NCBI GenBank assembly: GCA_016748015.1
Contig: JAAOMT010000607.1
Span: forward strand, 124,001 to 188,000
From: Geosiphon pyriformis uo1
Taxonomy: Eukaryota > Fungi > Glomeromycota
Reading direction: 5' to 3'
DNA length: 64,000 nucleotides
The notes beneath the pieces are model-generated. The model saw only the letters and a program-made list of their open reading frames with translations, did not search any database and was not told the origin of the DNA. Numbering within the stretch: the stretch's first letter is position 1; each line of letters begins with the position of its first letter. Shown one piece after another: positions 24,272 through 35,964 of this stretch. The translations under genes were made by a program, and so were the position numbers.

Positions 24272-27200
24272 TATAATTCTACAGAGAACCAGCACCAATA
24301 ACATCATTCAAACAGTGGCAGAATCTGAAAAAATAGAAACAAACCACTTAGGATTTGTGAAATCTTTATTCCAATACTATCATACTCATCTTGGATTAAC
24401 AAATAATAGTTGGCCAACAAAATCAGCTTTTAATTGCTACATCAACAAAAGAATAGTATATCACTTAGGAGGCCAAGAAAATCCAGAATCTGTCTTCAAC
24501 AACTTCTTTAGTGAATTGCTTCAAAGCACCACTTTTCCATAAAACTACCTATTTGCACCCCTAATTACAGAAATAAACAGAGAAATTGAAAAATACACCA
24601 AACAGAGATTTCCTATTACTTTTGCAAACAAAAGCAAAAGAAGACTACAAACACCAGCAAGAACACCAAAGCAAATTCAACTACCCACTTGGAAGAAACA
24701 AAGGTTTGATTCACCTGCTAATCCATCATATTATTACACACCCAGAAGCACTATCAATATAATAAACACAGCTACAACAAGTACGACAATACCATTAAAC
24801 AAAATCCCATTCCAAAGTAAACAAAAGAAAGCAGAGTTATTAGGAACATACAGTGATTATTTCGAGAGATTTAAATTACAATCTTCAATGCCATCAGAAA
24901 TTCAATCACCACCACCACAACCAGATTTCAGAGCTGTTAGTCCTTGGGAAATAACTAACTCCAAGAAAAAAAAAAGTAGTGATCAGGAAATCAATAAGCA
25001 AAACCTGATCCTAGAAAACTCAGAAATTAAAACTCTGGAAAATCAAAATAATCAAAACTCTGACATAATTAATCAACACTTATCTTCAGTAATTGTGATC
25101 AATCCACTAAACGCCGAACAGCAACAACAGCCATAACCACTACCTCAACAAATCCAGCAGCAACTACAACAACAACCAATGGCTTATGCTCCAATTGCCA
25201 AAATTGAGAAATTTACTGGTGAAGAAGATGATGCCCAAGTATGGCTTAACAATATGGAAAAAGCCATTGCAGCCAATGGATGGAATGATAACAGAGCTCT
25301 TTAAGCAATACCTTATTTTCTATAGAATACTGCCGACTTGTGATATCAGAGTTTAGCTGTTAAACTTCAAACATTCCAGAAATTTAAAACTGTATTTCTG
25401 GGATATTTCAGTAATAATAACAGCATTAATCACTTAGCCAACATTTTCACCACAATTAAACAGGGAGAAACTGAAGCAGTTATCACTTACTTGGGATGTT
25501 TCTACAGAAATTTGCACCAAATTCAAGCAATTCAAGCTGACTATTTTACAGCACCTCAGATTCTAAACCAGTTCATCTGTGGATTGTGTAATAGTCTTCT
25601 TTAGTGCATACATCTAATGCACCCACAAACTTTCCAAAATGCTGTCACAAATACCAGAGATTTCGAATCAGCAGAACTCGAGACAAGCCATGTCCAAACC
25701 ATTAATCTAGTGATAAATGGATCATCTGAATTGGATTTCAAATTGAAACAATTCAGTGATTCAATTAATCAGAAATTGGAAGAATACTTAGCTAATAATC
25801 ACGCAATTTATCAACCACCAAAATAACACAATAATTCAGGAAACATGAATTATTTCCAAAATCAGTTACATCTATCATCATCTCCAAATCAGCTGTGACA
25901 ACAAGAGACACATGTCTGTCATAACTGTGATAAACAAAGCCACATTAGAGCCAACTGCCAATTTTATAATAATAACTAACAATCAGGAAATCAATATCAA
26001 AACCCTGATCACCAGTTTCCAACTCCAAGTTACCAATCCAATCTAGCACTATATCAACCGACTTACCTGCCAATGATACAACAGCTGATATATCAACCAC
26101 CCGTATATCAACCTCCAGTTTATCAACCACAGCCACCAATAATATATCAACCACCACAGCCACAAATAATTTATCAGACACCCACAGTTCAAATACTGTT
26201 ATCAAACTCAGCTCAAATAACATCAGAAAACCCTAGGTCAAGAGTCACCCAAAACTGGAGATCGGTAATAGTTGTTCATCAACCAATTTCCAGTTTATCC
26301 AACCAGCTGTCAGGACCATGACAGTGGAATTCGGGAACTGGGTATATTCAAAATCCGAGTTTCCAGAACTATTTAAGTCTTTTAGTTATCCCAGAAAATG
26401 CCCAACCCAATAATCCAGAAACCAACCAAAAATAATCACTTACCAACAACATACCTCTAGCTACCATTACCAATGACAAATCATTAGCAGTGATTTTTCT
26501 GTTTGAACTCGAGGAAACCACACCAGTCTTATTATTCAGTGGAACCACTCTTGATACCAAACCAATTACCACCATATATACTAACATAAAAGTTGATGGC
26601 CATATCATCAAACTGATCCTAAACAGTGGATCAGCTGGCAGCATTATCACAAAACAACTCATGGACCAATTAGGTCACCAAGTTGATTGAGCTGCCAGCA
26701 CATAAATCATTACAGCTAATGAAGTAACCAAAACTCCAATTAGCAAAATTAATAACTTCCCTATAGAAGTCAATGGCATCATTGTGCCAATCAAGGTATT
26801 AGTCATAGAAGCCATGCAATACCAAGCACTTGTTGGAAATGACTGGCTGTCCAAAATTCATGCAACCCTTGATTAGAACATGCAAGAGCTCCAACTCAGC
26901 CAGAACAGTCAACACACATGAGTACCAGCCACGTATGGCCATTTCAAAACTCTTAACATGCTAGCACCTCTTATCGAATTTAATGAAAAAAAAGAGAAAC
27001 TCACCTGGGAAGCTTATCAAGTGTTCTGGGCTAATGAAGATCACAACAAACTACTGTCTATACTCTCTTGGGACAACAACAGCAAAGGAAAACAAAAGGA
27101 GACTGAACTTACCTGAAATGCCAACCAAAACTGGAAAAATAACAACAATACAAACAAACTACCAAGCTAAGAATAGGAAAAAAATAATAAGAAGAAGGAA

Positions 27201-28189
27201 GAAAACCTACCCAAAGAAATCACTGCCACAGAAGAAATAACTAGTAGCTGGAAAAAAGAATACTCCCAAGAACTGATAAAAGAGCCACTATATATTTTTC
27301 TCAAATGCAAGGACTATAGAAAGAAACTGTCTTTTATGGGAGCTTGAGTTGCACCAAATGAAGATTACTGGATGCGAACTCACTACTATTGTAAGCCTTG
27401 TCACTGCAAATGCTATGACTACCCAAAAAGGCAAGACAAATAAGAAAATGAACCATGTTTCACTTATGGCAAACAACTACTTGATAAAGGAATGTGGAAC
27501 AACATTCCTGGGCAAGGAGGAACATGCGATGCTTTGTGCCAATACATAATCCTCATTAGTGACTGGGTAAGTCATGGTATGCCAATAACTGCAGCCTGGC
27601 ACCATGCAATATTTTGCTTGGACAGTTACCCACATAACAAAGATGAGATTTGGTGGATGGTGAATGCAAAAATAGAGGGTGCTACACTTAGCAAAATATT
27701 GAAAATCAAGAACAACTCTCCAGAGCCAGTTAATATTGTTCTGATTCCCAACCCAGATGCTTTTTTGGACCTGGAAGCAGACCCAAAAGAATTTCATAAG
27801 CACTACCAAAATTTGGCACCAACAAGAGAGGAACAAGAGCAACAGTTGGAAGAAATCAACACTCGACTATGTGATCATTGTTTGATTCCCTGTGACTTTC
27901 AATATTGTAATGAGTGTAACTTCATTTACAACCCATCAATCTGCATAATCTACACAATCTCAGAGGAAAAAAAACCAATCAGTAGCTGCACATCGGAATC
28001 AGAATCAAATTTCAATTCCAATTCAAACTCTGACAATGAAGATGATAAAAACAATGGTTCCAGCTCTGCTCCAATTAGTAACAAAAATTATGACAATTCA
28101 AACTCCGATTCATATCTTGAAACATTTATTGTGTTTTCTAACCTCACCAAGAAACAGGAACTTAAATGGTTTAGCAATAATAGCAAAGG

Positions 28190-28584
28190 TATCATGTCAG
28201 AACATGTGCATAATACTAATACAGAGTTTGATCTGAGATATTTAGGAAAAAATCCCATCAAATTGGAACCACATTTGCACACTTGCATTAATCTGAAAAT
28301 AGCACTGGAAATTCTAGCAACAACAATGGTTCAACTAGCATTCAGGAGTAGTTTAGTGAAAAAAAAAATTAACATCAGAGGAGGAATAATTGATGCAGGA
28401 TATGTAGGAAATATCATTGTTATGCTACAAAATGATTCAAAAAAAGCATATATCATAGATCTAAATGAAAAGATAACACAGACAATATTCTTACCTCTAG
28501 TGAAAATAGCACAGTTAGTATCAGTGAAAAACAGGGAAGAATTAGGGATTACTGCTAGAAAAATACAGAGATTTGAATTCATGG
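28190..28584 (+). pseudogene. dUTPase domain of element A (homologues at ~39160-39560, 47074-47470, 56871-57265)
   Basis: All five trimeric dUTPase motifs are recoverable across copies: AGFDL, RSSLAKK, GGIIDAGYVG, KIAQAIF and RxIQGFGST. Confidence 0.9.
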
Positions 28585-29469
28585 TATTATAAATGATTAT
28601 TTCTACTGTTGAATTAAATAACAAACTCGTAACTTGGTGCTCAAAAGCTACTTCCATTGAGGCTGTTCTGAAGGTACTGTATTTGAAGGTTTTGGTGGAT
28701 TTGAAAGTTTTTGTTTAGTCCTTTGTATAATGGACAGAGATTCAATAGTGTTGATAGTAGATATATTTTTCAAGAGTTTTCCCAATTTCTTTCTCAGCAT
28801 AATGGCCAGATTTAGTCTGGTAGTCGTGCCCTTCTGGTAAGCTATCCGATAATATATAAAATCCTACCTGTATTTCTGGATCTTTTACCAGGCTATCCTT
28901 GACATCAATAACTCAGTGCTTAATCTTTTTATTCAATTAGTATACAACAACAAAATCAAAGAAAGAAAAGAAAAGAAATAAAAAAAAAATAATGAAAGCA
29001 AAGAAATAAGCCAAGACAATTTGCAGATTATTATCCTGTTAATAGCCATGATCAAGAGCTATTGTTCCAGTGTGATTAAGTATCAATTATTATCAACATG
29101 AAGGGTTGATAGTGGGGAGTGGATTTGAGATATGAAATAATTATTTATTTGATGATTGTGTTTCTAAGTTAAGGATTCTGTGGTATCGATTCTGTTTTTT
29201 CTGTTTTTAACACTACTGCTATATATATATAATTGAAATTCCTCAATTCCTCGATTCTTCACGACAGGAATCTTGGAATTCCTGGAATCCTGCAATTCCT
29301 TTGAGAGGAATCCTGGAATTCTGGAATCCTGCAATTCCTCGTTGGGAATCCTGAAATTCCTGGAATCCTGCAATTTCTGAGAGGAATCCTGGAATTCCAC
29401 ATTTACTATGCTTACTTCTAATTGGCTAATAATTATGCTAATATATTTTTTATATTTCTATGAGTAACA
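28585..29469 (-). mobile_element. Solo LTR of the same superfamily inserted antisense in the dUTPase of element A
   Basis: Ends T(A)TTA..TGAGTAACA. The reverse complement matches the family LTR backbone, with a GGAATTCC-type repeat block at 29265-29398. TSD ATGG (28581-28584) / ACAG (29470-29473). Confidence 0.92.
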
Positions 29470-31336
29470 ACAGATAGAATAGATATACCTATTAATATGG
29501 CAGAGGAAGAAATTATTTACAAAAGAAAAATTATCTCGATTCATCAAACAATTTCTATTCTACCATATGATCAGTACATGTTAGCCATAAAAAGGGAAGT
29601 AAAGAATCAAGCTCAGTTGTTTGAAACAGAAACCACCATTTGTAAATCAAGAGAGATTGGATTCACTAATTTCTATATATCAGCCAAAAGCCCCAAAAAT
29701 ATCAAAATTTCCATCTACAACACAACTGGAAATGTCATTGAGATATCAAAAGGAACCATTATTGGATATTTAACCACCAAAGTTGAGGATCAACCACCAA
29801 ACAATATTTCAGACTTTCCACAGCTTTGTGGATATGTGGATATTACATTACAAACTATCTATGGATGAAGTGAATGTTATTTGCTCCAACCAAAACAATT
29901 GGAACAGATAAACATGGAGAATCTAGATCCACTCCAACAGATGCAACTAAAGATGTTACTCAACAATTTTAATGACATCTTTGCAAGTGAAAATAAATTT
30001 GGCCATACCAATATCATCTAGCATTAGATCAAAACTGAAGATACAATGCCAATTAAACAAGAAGCATACAAAGTGCCACCAGCCAACCATGAGATCATTT
30101 GTCAAGAAATTAACTGAATGCTTGACAATAGGCTAATTCAACTATTAATGAGCCCATAATTATTACCAGTGATACTAGTCCAAAAGAAGAATGGAAAAAT
30201 CTATTTCTGTGTGGATTATCAGAAACTGAATAAAATGACTAAAGATAATAGCTATCCAACTCCAAAGATTCAAGAACTATTCAATGCTTTTGGAGAAAAT
30301 AAATGGTTCTCAATATTAGATCTAAACAGTGGTTACTGACAAGTAGCCATGAATTCAGCTGACAAAGAAAAGACAGCATTTATAATAAGAGAAGGAATTT
30401 CGAATTTGAAGTCATGCCATTTGGCTTGATGAATGCTCCAGCCACATCTCAATGACTCATGGAAATTGTCTATATTGGATTACTATGGAAATCAGTAGTT
30501 GTATATTTAAATGACACCAATGTGTTCTCAAAAACATTTGATGATTATCTGCATTATCTTTAACAAGTGTTTGAAAGACTAAGAAGAGCTGGATTGAAAC
30601 TAAATGCGACCAAATGTTTCTTTGAAAAAACTGAACTCAAGTTTTTGGGACATAAGGTGAACAAAAACAGAATCAAAACAGATCCAGACAAGATTGAAGT
30701 TGTCAAAAACTTTCCAGTACCAAATAATCTTACAAAATTGAGAGCATTCTTGGGATTTGCTGGATACTACCACCACTTTATTAAGAACTTTTCCAAAATA
30801 ACTCAACTACTACATCAACTTCAAACAAAAAATATGAAGTATAAATGGACCAAAGCTCAACAAGAAACATTTAACACATTAAGAAGAAAGCTTATCCAAG
30901 CTCTAGTGTTGATGTATCCAGACCATGACAAACTATTTATAATCATCACTGATGCATCAAGTTAAGCATTGAGAGCAGTACTATCACAGAAAGAACCAGA
31001 TAGAAGAGAACATCCAGTAGCTTATCCCAGTAGAAGCTTAAGTCCAGCTGAAAAAAATTATGGAACTTCAGCATTAAAACACTTAGCTATCTATTGGGCT
31101 GTCACCAAATGGAAAAAATATTTGAGCCAAAAGTTTGATGTTTACACCAATCACAAAAGATTAACTTCAATCCAGAAACAGAAATTTGGAGATGATTAAT
31201 ATGCCAAATAGAAAAAGAACTTTCACCATTTAATTATACAGTACATTATAAAAAGGGAAAAGACAATGGAAATACTAATGGACTGTCACAAATGAGACAA
31301 ATCTAAAAACATTTCAACCCAAAAATATAACAAAAG

Positions 31337-32720
31337 ATGAATACACAAAAATACCAACAACTCTAACATTATATAAATACCCAAATTGTTCAAGGAGAAA
31401 TTATCTCAAAAAGAACAAAAGAACATAAAACAACAATCAAAATATTTTATCAACTATTAAAATATACTTTATTAAAAGAACAGAAGAAATCCAGATTAAC
31501 TAATCAGAGTAATTACAGAACCAGAAAAAGAGACAATATTATTCAACATACACTCAGATCCTACAGCAAGACATTTTCATAAAAAAGCAATCATGGAAAG
31601 GACTAGGAAAAGATACTATTGGCCATCAATATATCCAGACATCATCCAGTATGTTCAAAATTGTGATGCTTGTCAGAGAAGAGAAGAAACAAAACCCAGT
31701 GAACCATTGAGACCAATCAAAGTGGGACAACCATTTGATCAAATTGGAATTGACTTAGTTAGACCATTAACAATTACCAGCAGAGGCAACAGATATATTG
31801 CAGTAGCCATAAACTATCTCACAAAATGGCCAGAAGCAAAAGCAATTCAAAGAGCAAATGTAGAATCTGTTGTCAAATTCGTTCATCAAGATTTGATTTG
31901 TTAACATGGATGTTCAAAAGAACTACTATCAGATCAAGGAACTTACTTTGTAAACAGAACATTGACAGAATTAAGTCAAAGATTCAGAATTAAAAAACCA
32001 TTGTTATCACCATACTACCTACAAACCAATAGATTAGTAGAAAGATTCAATAAAATGCTGTGTGAAGTAATTGTCAAGATCAGTCAAAAAAACCAGGATG
32101 AATGGAATTTGTTCATATCATTAGTATTATTTGTTTATCGGACAATGAAGCAAGACACTACTCAAGCAACACTATTTGAATTAGTATATGGTAGGACAGC
32201 AACATTACCAGTTGAGATAGAAGTTAATACTTATTTAATAGAACCAATAACTGAAGATAATTTTTAGGAAACATTGCTAAGAAAAACATATGACTTGATA
32301 AAAACTCTAGAAAACAAGTGACAAAAAGCAGCCAATAACATTTAGAAGTCACAAGAGAAACAAAAAGAAAGATATGATAACCAACTACCAAATAAACCAG
32401 TTGAATTCAAGATTGGAGACAAAGTACTATTACATTACACCAAAGCAGAAAAACAATGGAGTGGAAAATTTGACCCTGAATGGAACGAATCATTTCATAT
32501 AGAAGAAATTCTTGGAAATGGAGCTTATAAATTAAGATAAGACAACAAAATCTTAGCTAAAACAGCACATGGTAATCAACTAAAACAATATTACCAGATA
32601 GCATCATCATCTACCAATAACATTCCACAACTAGAAGTACAAAGAATACTAGTTCAACCAGATGAAATTTCACAAGATTTGGAACCAATCATAGTCATTA
32701 AACCAAACACGTCAAATTGA
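31337..32720 (+). pseudogene. Integrase ORF of element A
   Basis: Starts MNTQKY. HHCC finger (H..H..YYWP..CDACQ), catalytic IGIDLV, SDQG and LVERFN, GPF/Y-type module (KIGDKVLL..W..FHI..NGAYKL). No chromodomain. Confidence 0.9.
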
Positions 32721-32775
32721 ACAACCAAAAAAGTATATAAAGACACAGTATACATGACAAAAGCAACCAAGAAAA

Positions 32776-33411
32776 ATGGAAATACCAGATCACATTTACA
32801 CTATAGCTCAACAATTGTTCCAAGCCTTAAGTCAACAACAGTTAGACATAGAAATTATTATTAACAACCAAACAATTTGCTATTGAAACACCAAAAGAAG
32901 AACAAAAAATACACCATATTAGCAACCACCAAAGAATGATAAAAACTGGACAGATAACTTAATAGAAAAAGTGAAAAACACTTTTGGAAAAATACCTATT
33001 ATGATACTAAAAGAAGAGCTTACAAAAAAAAATTAGAAACAATGAATAGAACAACTTTCAATATCATATTGCTACTACCAGTTAGGTCAAAAGTTGAATA
33101 TTTAGGAGTTGTATATCGACAAATCTAAGAGAATATTCAACCAAAACATAATACAACAAATTAAAGAATTTATTGGAAAGAAAACGAATTCAACACTACA
33201 TGTTAAAACAATATACTGACTACACAACATATTTTGAAACTATCCAGAAATACTGTTACACTCTGACATGGAAACCATAACTATTAACCAATGGGAAAGA
33301 ATGAATAATACACAAGTAGAAGACATAAAGAATAGAGTCAAACAAACAATACTTGAAAAAGAAGTATTAGAATTAATTCAAAACAAAGATTTTGACAAAG
33401 CTTAATATTAA
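32776..33411 (+). pseudogene. Additional 3' ORF (ORF3) of element A, function unknown
   Basis: MEIPDHIYTIAQQLFQALSQQQL...LEKEVLELIQNKDFD. Homologues lie at ~50673-51309 and ~60591-61229. The stop abuts the PPT. Confidence 0.7.
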
Positions 33412-33422
33412 AAAGGAGGAGA
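33410..33422 (+). promoter_or_regulatory. Polypurine tract of element A
   Basis: AAAAAGGAGGAGA then TAA and the 3' LTR. Equivalents at 51308-51319 and 61228-61240. Confidence 0.85.
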
Positions 33423-33425
33423 TAA

Positions 33426-34270
33426 TATTACTCATAAAAAAATAGTAGACCAATAAGTGAGTAGTAGTTAGCACATAAGCACATTGCTTAGCAATATGGA
33501 ACAATGTTAGAAATCATGACACATTGTTCAGCAATATGGAGCAATATCAGAAATCATGGCACATTACTCAACAATATGAAGCGATGTCAAGAAAATATAA
33601 CATATTGTTCAGCAATGTGAGCATTGCTTAAGAAATTATAGCACATTGCTCAAGAATATGAGCAATCTCATAGAACTTAAATTATGTATATATAGCAATA
33701 GTGCTAAAAGCAGAAAGAGCAGAATCAATTAGTTAGAAAACCTCCCATATCAGAAATATTAATAAATAACTATTCACTATCTCAATCCACTCTCCACTAT
33801 TAACATTTCATGTTGATAATAATTGATACTTAACCCCACTGGAACAATAGCTCTTAATCATGGCTATTAATGGAATACTAATTTGTGCATTGCCTTAGGT
33901 TTATTTCTTTATTTTTTTTCTTTTCTTTTCTTTTCTTTTTTTGATTTTATTATTGTGTACTAATCAATTGAAGATTAAAGTGCTGAGACACAGACATCAT
34001 AGTAACTGGTAAAAGACCTGTGAAACAAGGGTAGAACACTCATAGATTTGAGAATAGCTTACCAGGAGGATTACCGGCCACCACACTGAGAAAAAAATTT
34101 AACAAAACTGCAGTTTTGGAAAGCTATGGATAAAACCATCAATTAAATCTCTGTCCATTATACAAAAAACTTCACAACAAAACCTTCAGATATTAACACC
34201 AGAATACCAACCAAGCACCATGTTATGAATTTGTTATTTGATTTGAGACCCCAAATAATCATCTGTAACA
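33426..34270 (+). repeat. 3' LTR of element A
   Basis: Colinear with 23412-24252, differing mostly by transitions; ends TGTAACA. Confidence 0.93.
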
Positions 34271-35473
34271 GTAAGTAAATAGTTTTGTTTGCTATTATAT
34301 TAGTCTTAATATTGCCAGAAATCCCAAAATAATCTTTAATTTTTATCTAATTTACTTATTTTTAATCAAATTAACAATATGTTTTCTTTCCAATCAATAT
34401 TGATTACAAAAATCTGATGTATTAAACATTATTTTACATATATATATTAATAGCAGCTTGGTTATTCAGATACAAAACAATCATACAAGAAAATAAAACA
34501 CATTCTAAAGACAAAACAACAGTCTGTAATTCAGCCATAATAGAAAACAAAAGCTCATATACATTGACTTCAATACTTATATTCACAGCTGGAAAATAAG
34601 TAATTATCTCACTGGTAATATTAACAAAGCCAGCATTTTTCAGAAACTTATCAGTATAAATCTTAATTGTGTCAGACCAAATTTCATGTAAACTACTTTA
34701 CATATTAGAAAACTCTTTAGATTTCAAAATATTCAAGCCAAATAATTAAACAGTTTTAACAGAATTAATCAACACAAAACTTCTATTATGTAAAAACTTT
34801 AATATAAGCTTGAACTAATAAAATAAAAGACCTTTAGAATCTAATTTTTTTCATTTATAAAATGTTTTCTAGTCTATCACATTGTCTTTTTTATTTAAAA
34901 GTTTATTATTGAATACAATTCTAAACCACTTCAAAAAATAAACAGAACTAAAATACAAAGTTTTCCCCAAAATTACTGACATTGGAAACTAACTAAAACT
35001 ATGAAATACATTAAATAAATTGTTTATTAGAGACAACTTATTGTTCAAAAAATTTTTTACCACTTCAGCCAAAAAATTGTTTACTGAATTAACATGTAAC
35101 TTAATAGAAAACTGTAAAAAATTTAAAAAAGCCCAACTTAAAATCTACAAATCTAAGAATCTGTAATTAAATAAATGTCCAAGAATATTTAAAACATTAA
35201 AAAAAGTAATAAGTACAGCCAATTTTTTTTCTAACTGTATTTGCTTAAATGGTTTTAAATCATATAAGAAAAGATGATATAAAGCCTTATTAAAAAAATT
35301 ACATAGCAAACAGACTTTAGACTTAAAGTTTTTTCTGACCATAATATCTTATTTATAACACATATCTAATAGGACAAAACTAAATTAAGTCTTATAATTG
35401 ACTATGAGTTGTAAAACAGCTGATACCAAATAAAAAAATTGTTTATTTATAATAATTTTTTTAAAAACCATGT
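34271..35473 (-). mobile_element. LINE middle segment (post-RT region and RNase H)
   Basis: The - strand has KQFFYLVSAVLQ..ALYHLFLYDLKPFKQIQLE, then RNase H relics IYTD.., MAELQTV..LEC, LYLNNQAAI and KIKDY.GI.GN. Joins in frame to 23411 and to 62112. Confidence 0.8.
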
Positions 35474-35933
35474 TGTTATTCATAAAATATAGGAATTATA
35501 TTAACATATAAATTAGCCAATCAGAAGTAAACATAGTAAATAAAGAATTCCAAGATTCTTTTTAAAGAAATTGCAGAATTTCAGAATTACAAAATTCCAG
35601 AATTCCAGAATTTTTCTTAAGAAATTGCAGGATTTCTGGAATTCCAAAATTCCTGATACAAAGAATTGAGAAATTGAGAAATCTCAATTATGTATATATA
35701 GTAATAGTATTAGAAACAAAAAAGACAGACATTTGAGTTCCTTTTCCTAATTAACATTCATACATTCACACTATCAATAAAAATACTTATTAATTATATT
35801 AATTCAATTGTCTACTATCAACATTTTATGTTGATAGTAATTTATACTTGATTATACTAAAACAATAGTTCTTAATCATGGCTATTGACAAGATACTAAC
35901 TTAATTGTCTTGGCTTATTTTTTTTATTTTTTA

Positions 35934-35964
<31 letters not shown>

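Larger units (their letters stand above)
24315..31306 (+). pseudogene. gag-pol: Element A gag-PR-Cys-rich-dUTPase-RT-RNase H polyprotein (one frame, many stops; split by a solo LTR)
   Basis: ORF fragments 24315, 24888, 25617, 26073, 26490 and 27492 share one frame, which resumes at 29497 once the insertion is removed. Capsid IAKIEKFTGEEDDAQVWL, knuckle CHNCxKQxHIRANC, protease LIL(D>N)SGS, dUTPase motifs, RT YL(D>N)D and LKFLGH, RNase H IITDAS and HPVAY. Confidence 0.9.
23412..34270 (+). mobile_element. Ty3/Gypsy LTR retrotransposon A (full length, pseudogenised, dUTPase-bearing)
   Basis: Paired LTRs 23412-24252 and 33426-34270 (TGTTAC..GTAACA), PBS, PPT and 4-bp TSD GTGA/GTAA. Domain order gag-PR-RT-RH-IN. 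Confidence 0.95.

Noticed and set aside
25945-26662. Antisense ORFs over gag-pol (e.g. 25945-26223, 26369-26662, 45125-45574, 55071-55364) recurring in several copies
   Set aside because: Explained as shadow frames of the A/C-rich sense coding strand; there are no independent motifs or consistent starts.
32776-33411. ORF3 as an envelope gene
   Set aside because: It is short and hydrophilic, with no signal peptide, furin site or transmembrane anchor visible.
35560-35660. GAA/TTC-rich arrays as heat-shock elements
   Set aside because: TTCnnGAA pairs occur, but the GAA-TTC spacing and ~9-bp period do not give canonical alternating nGAAn triplets.
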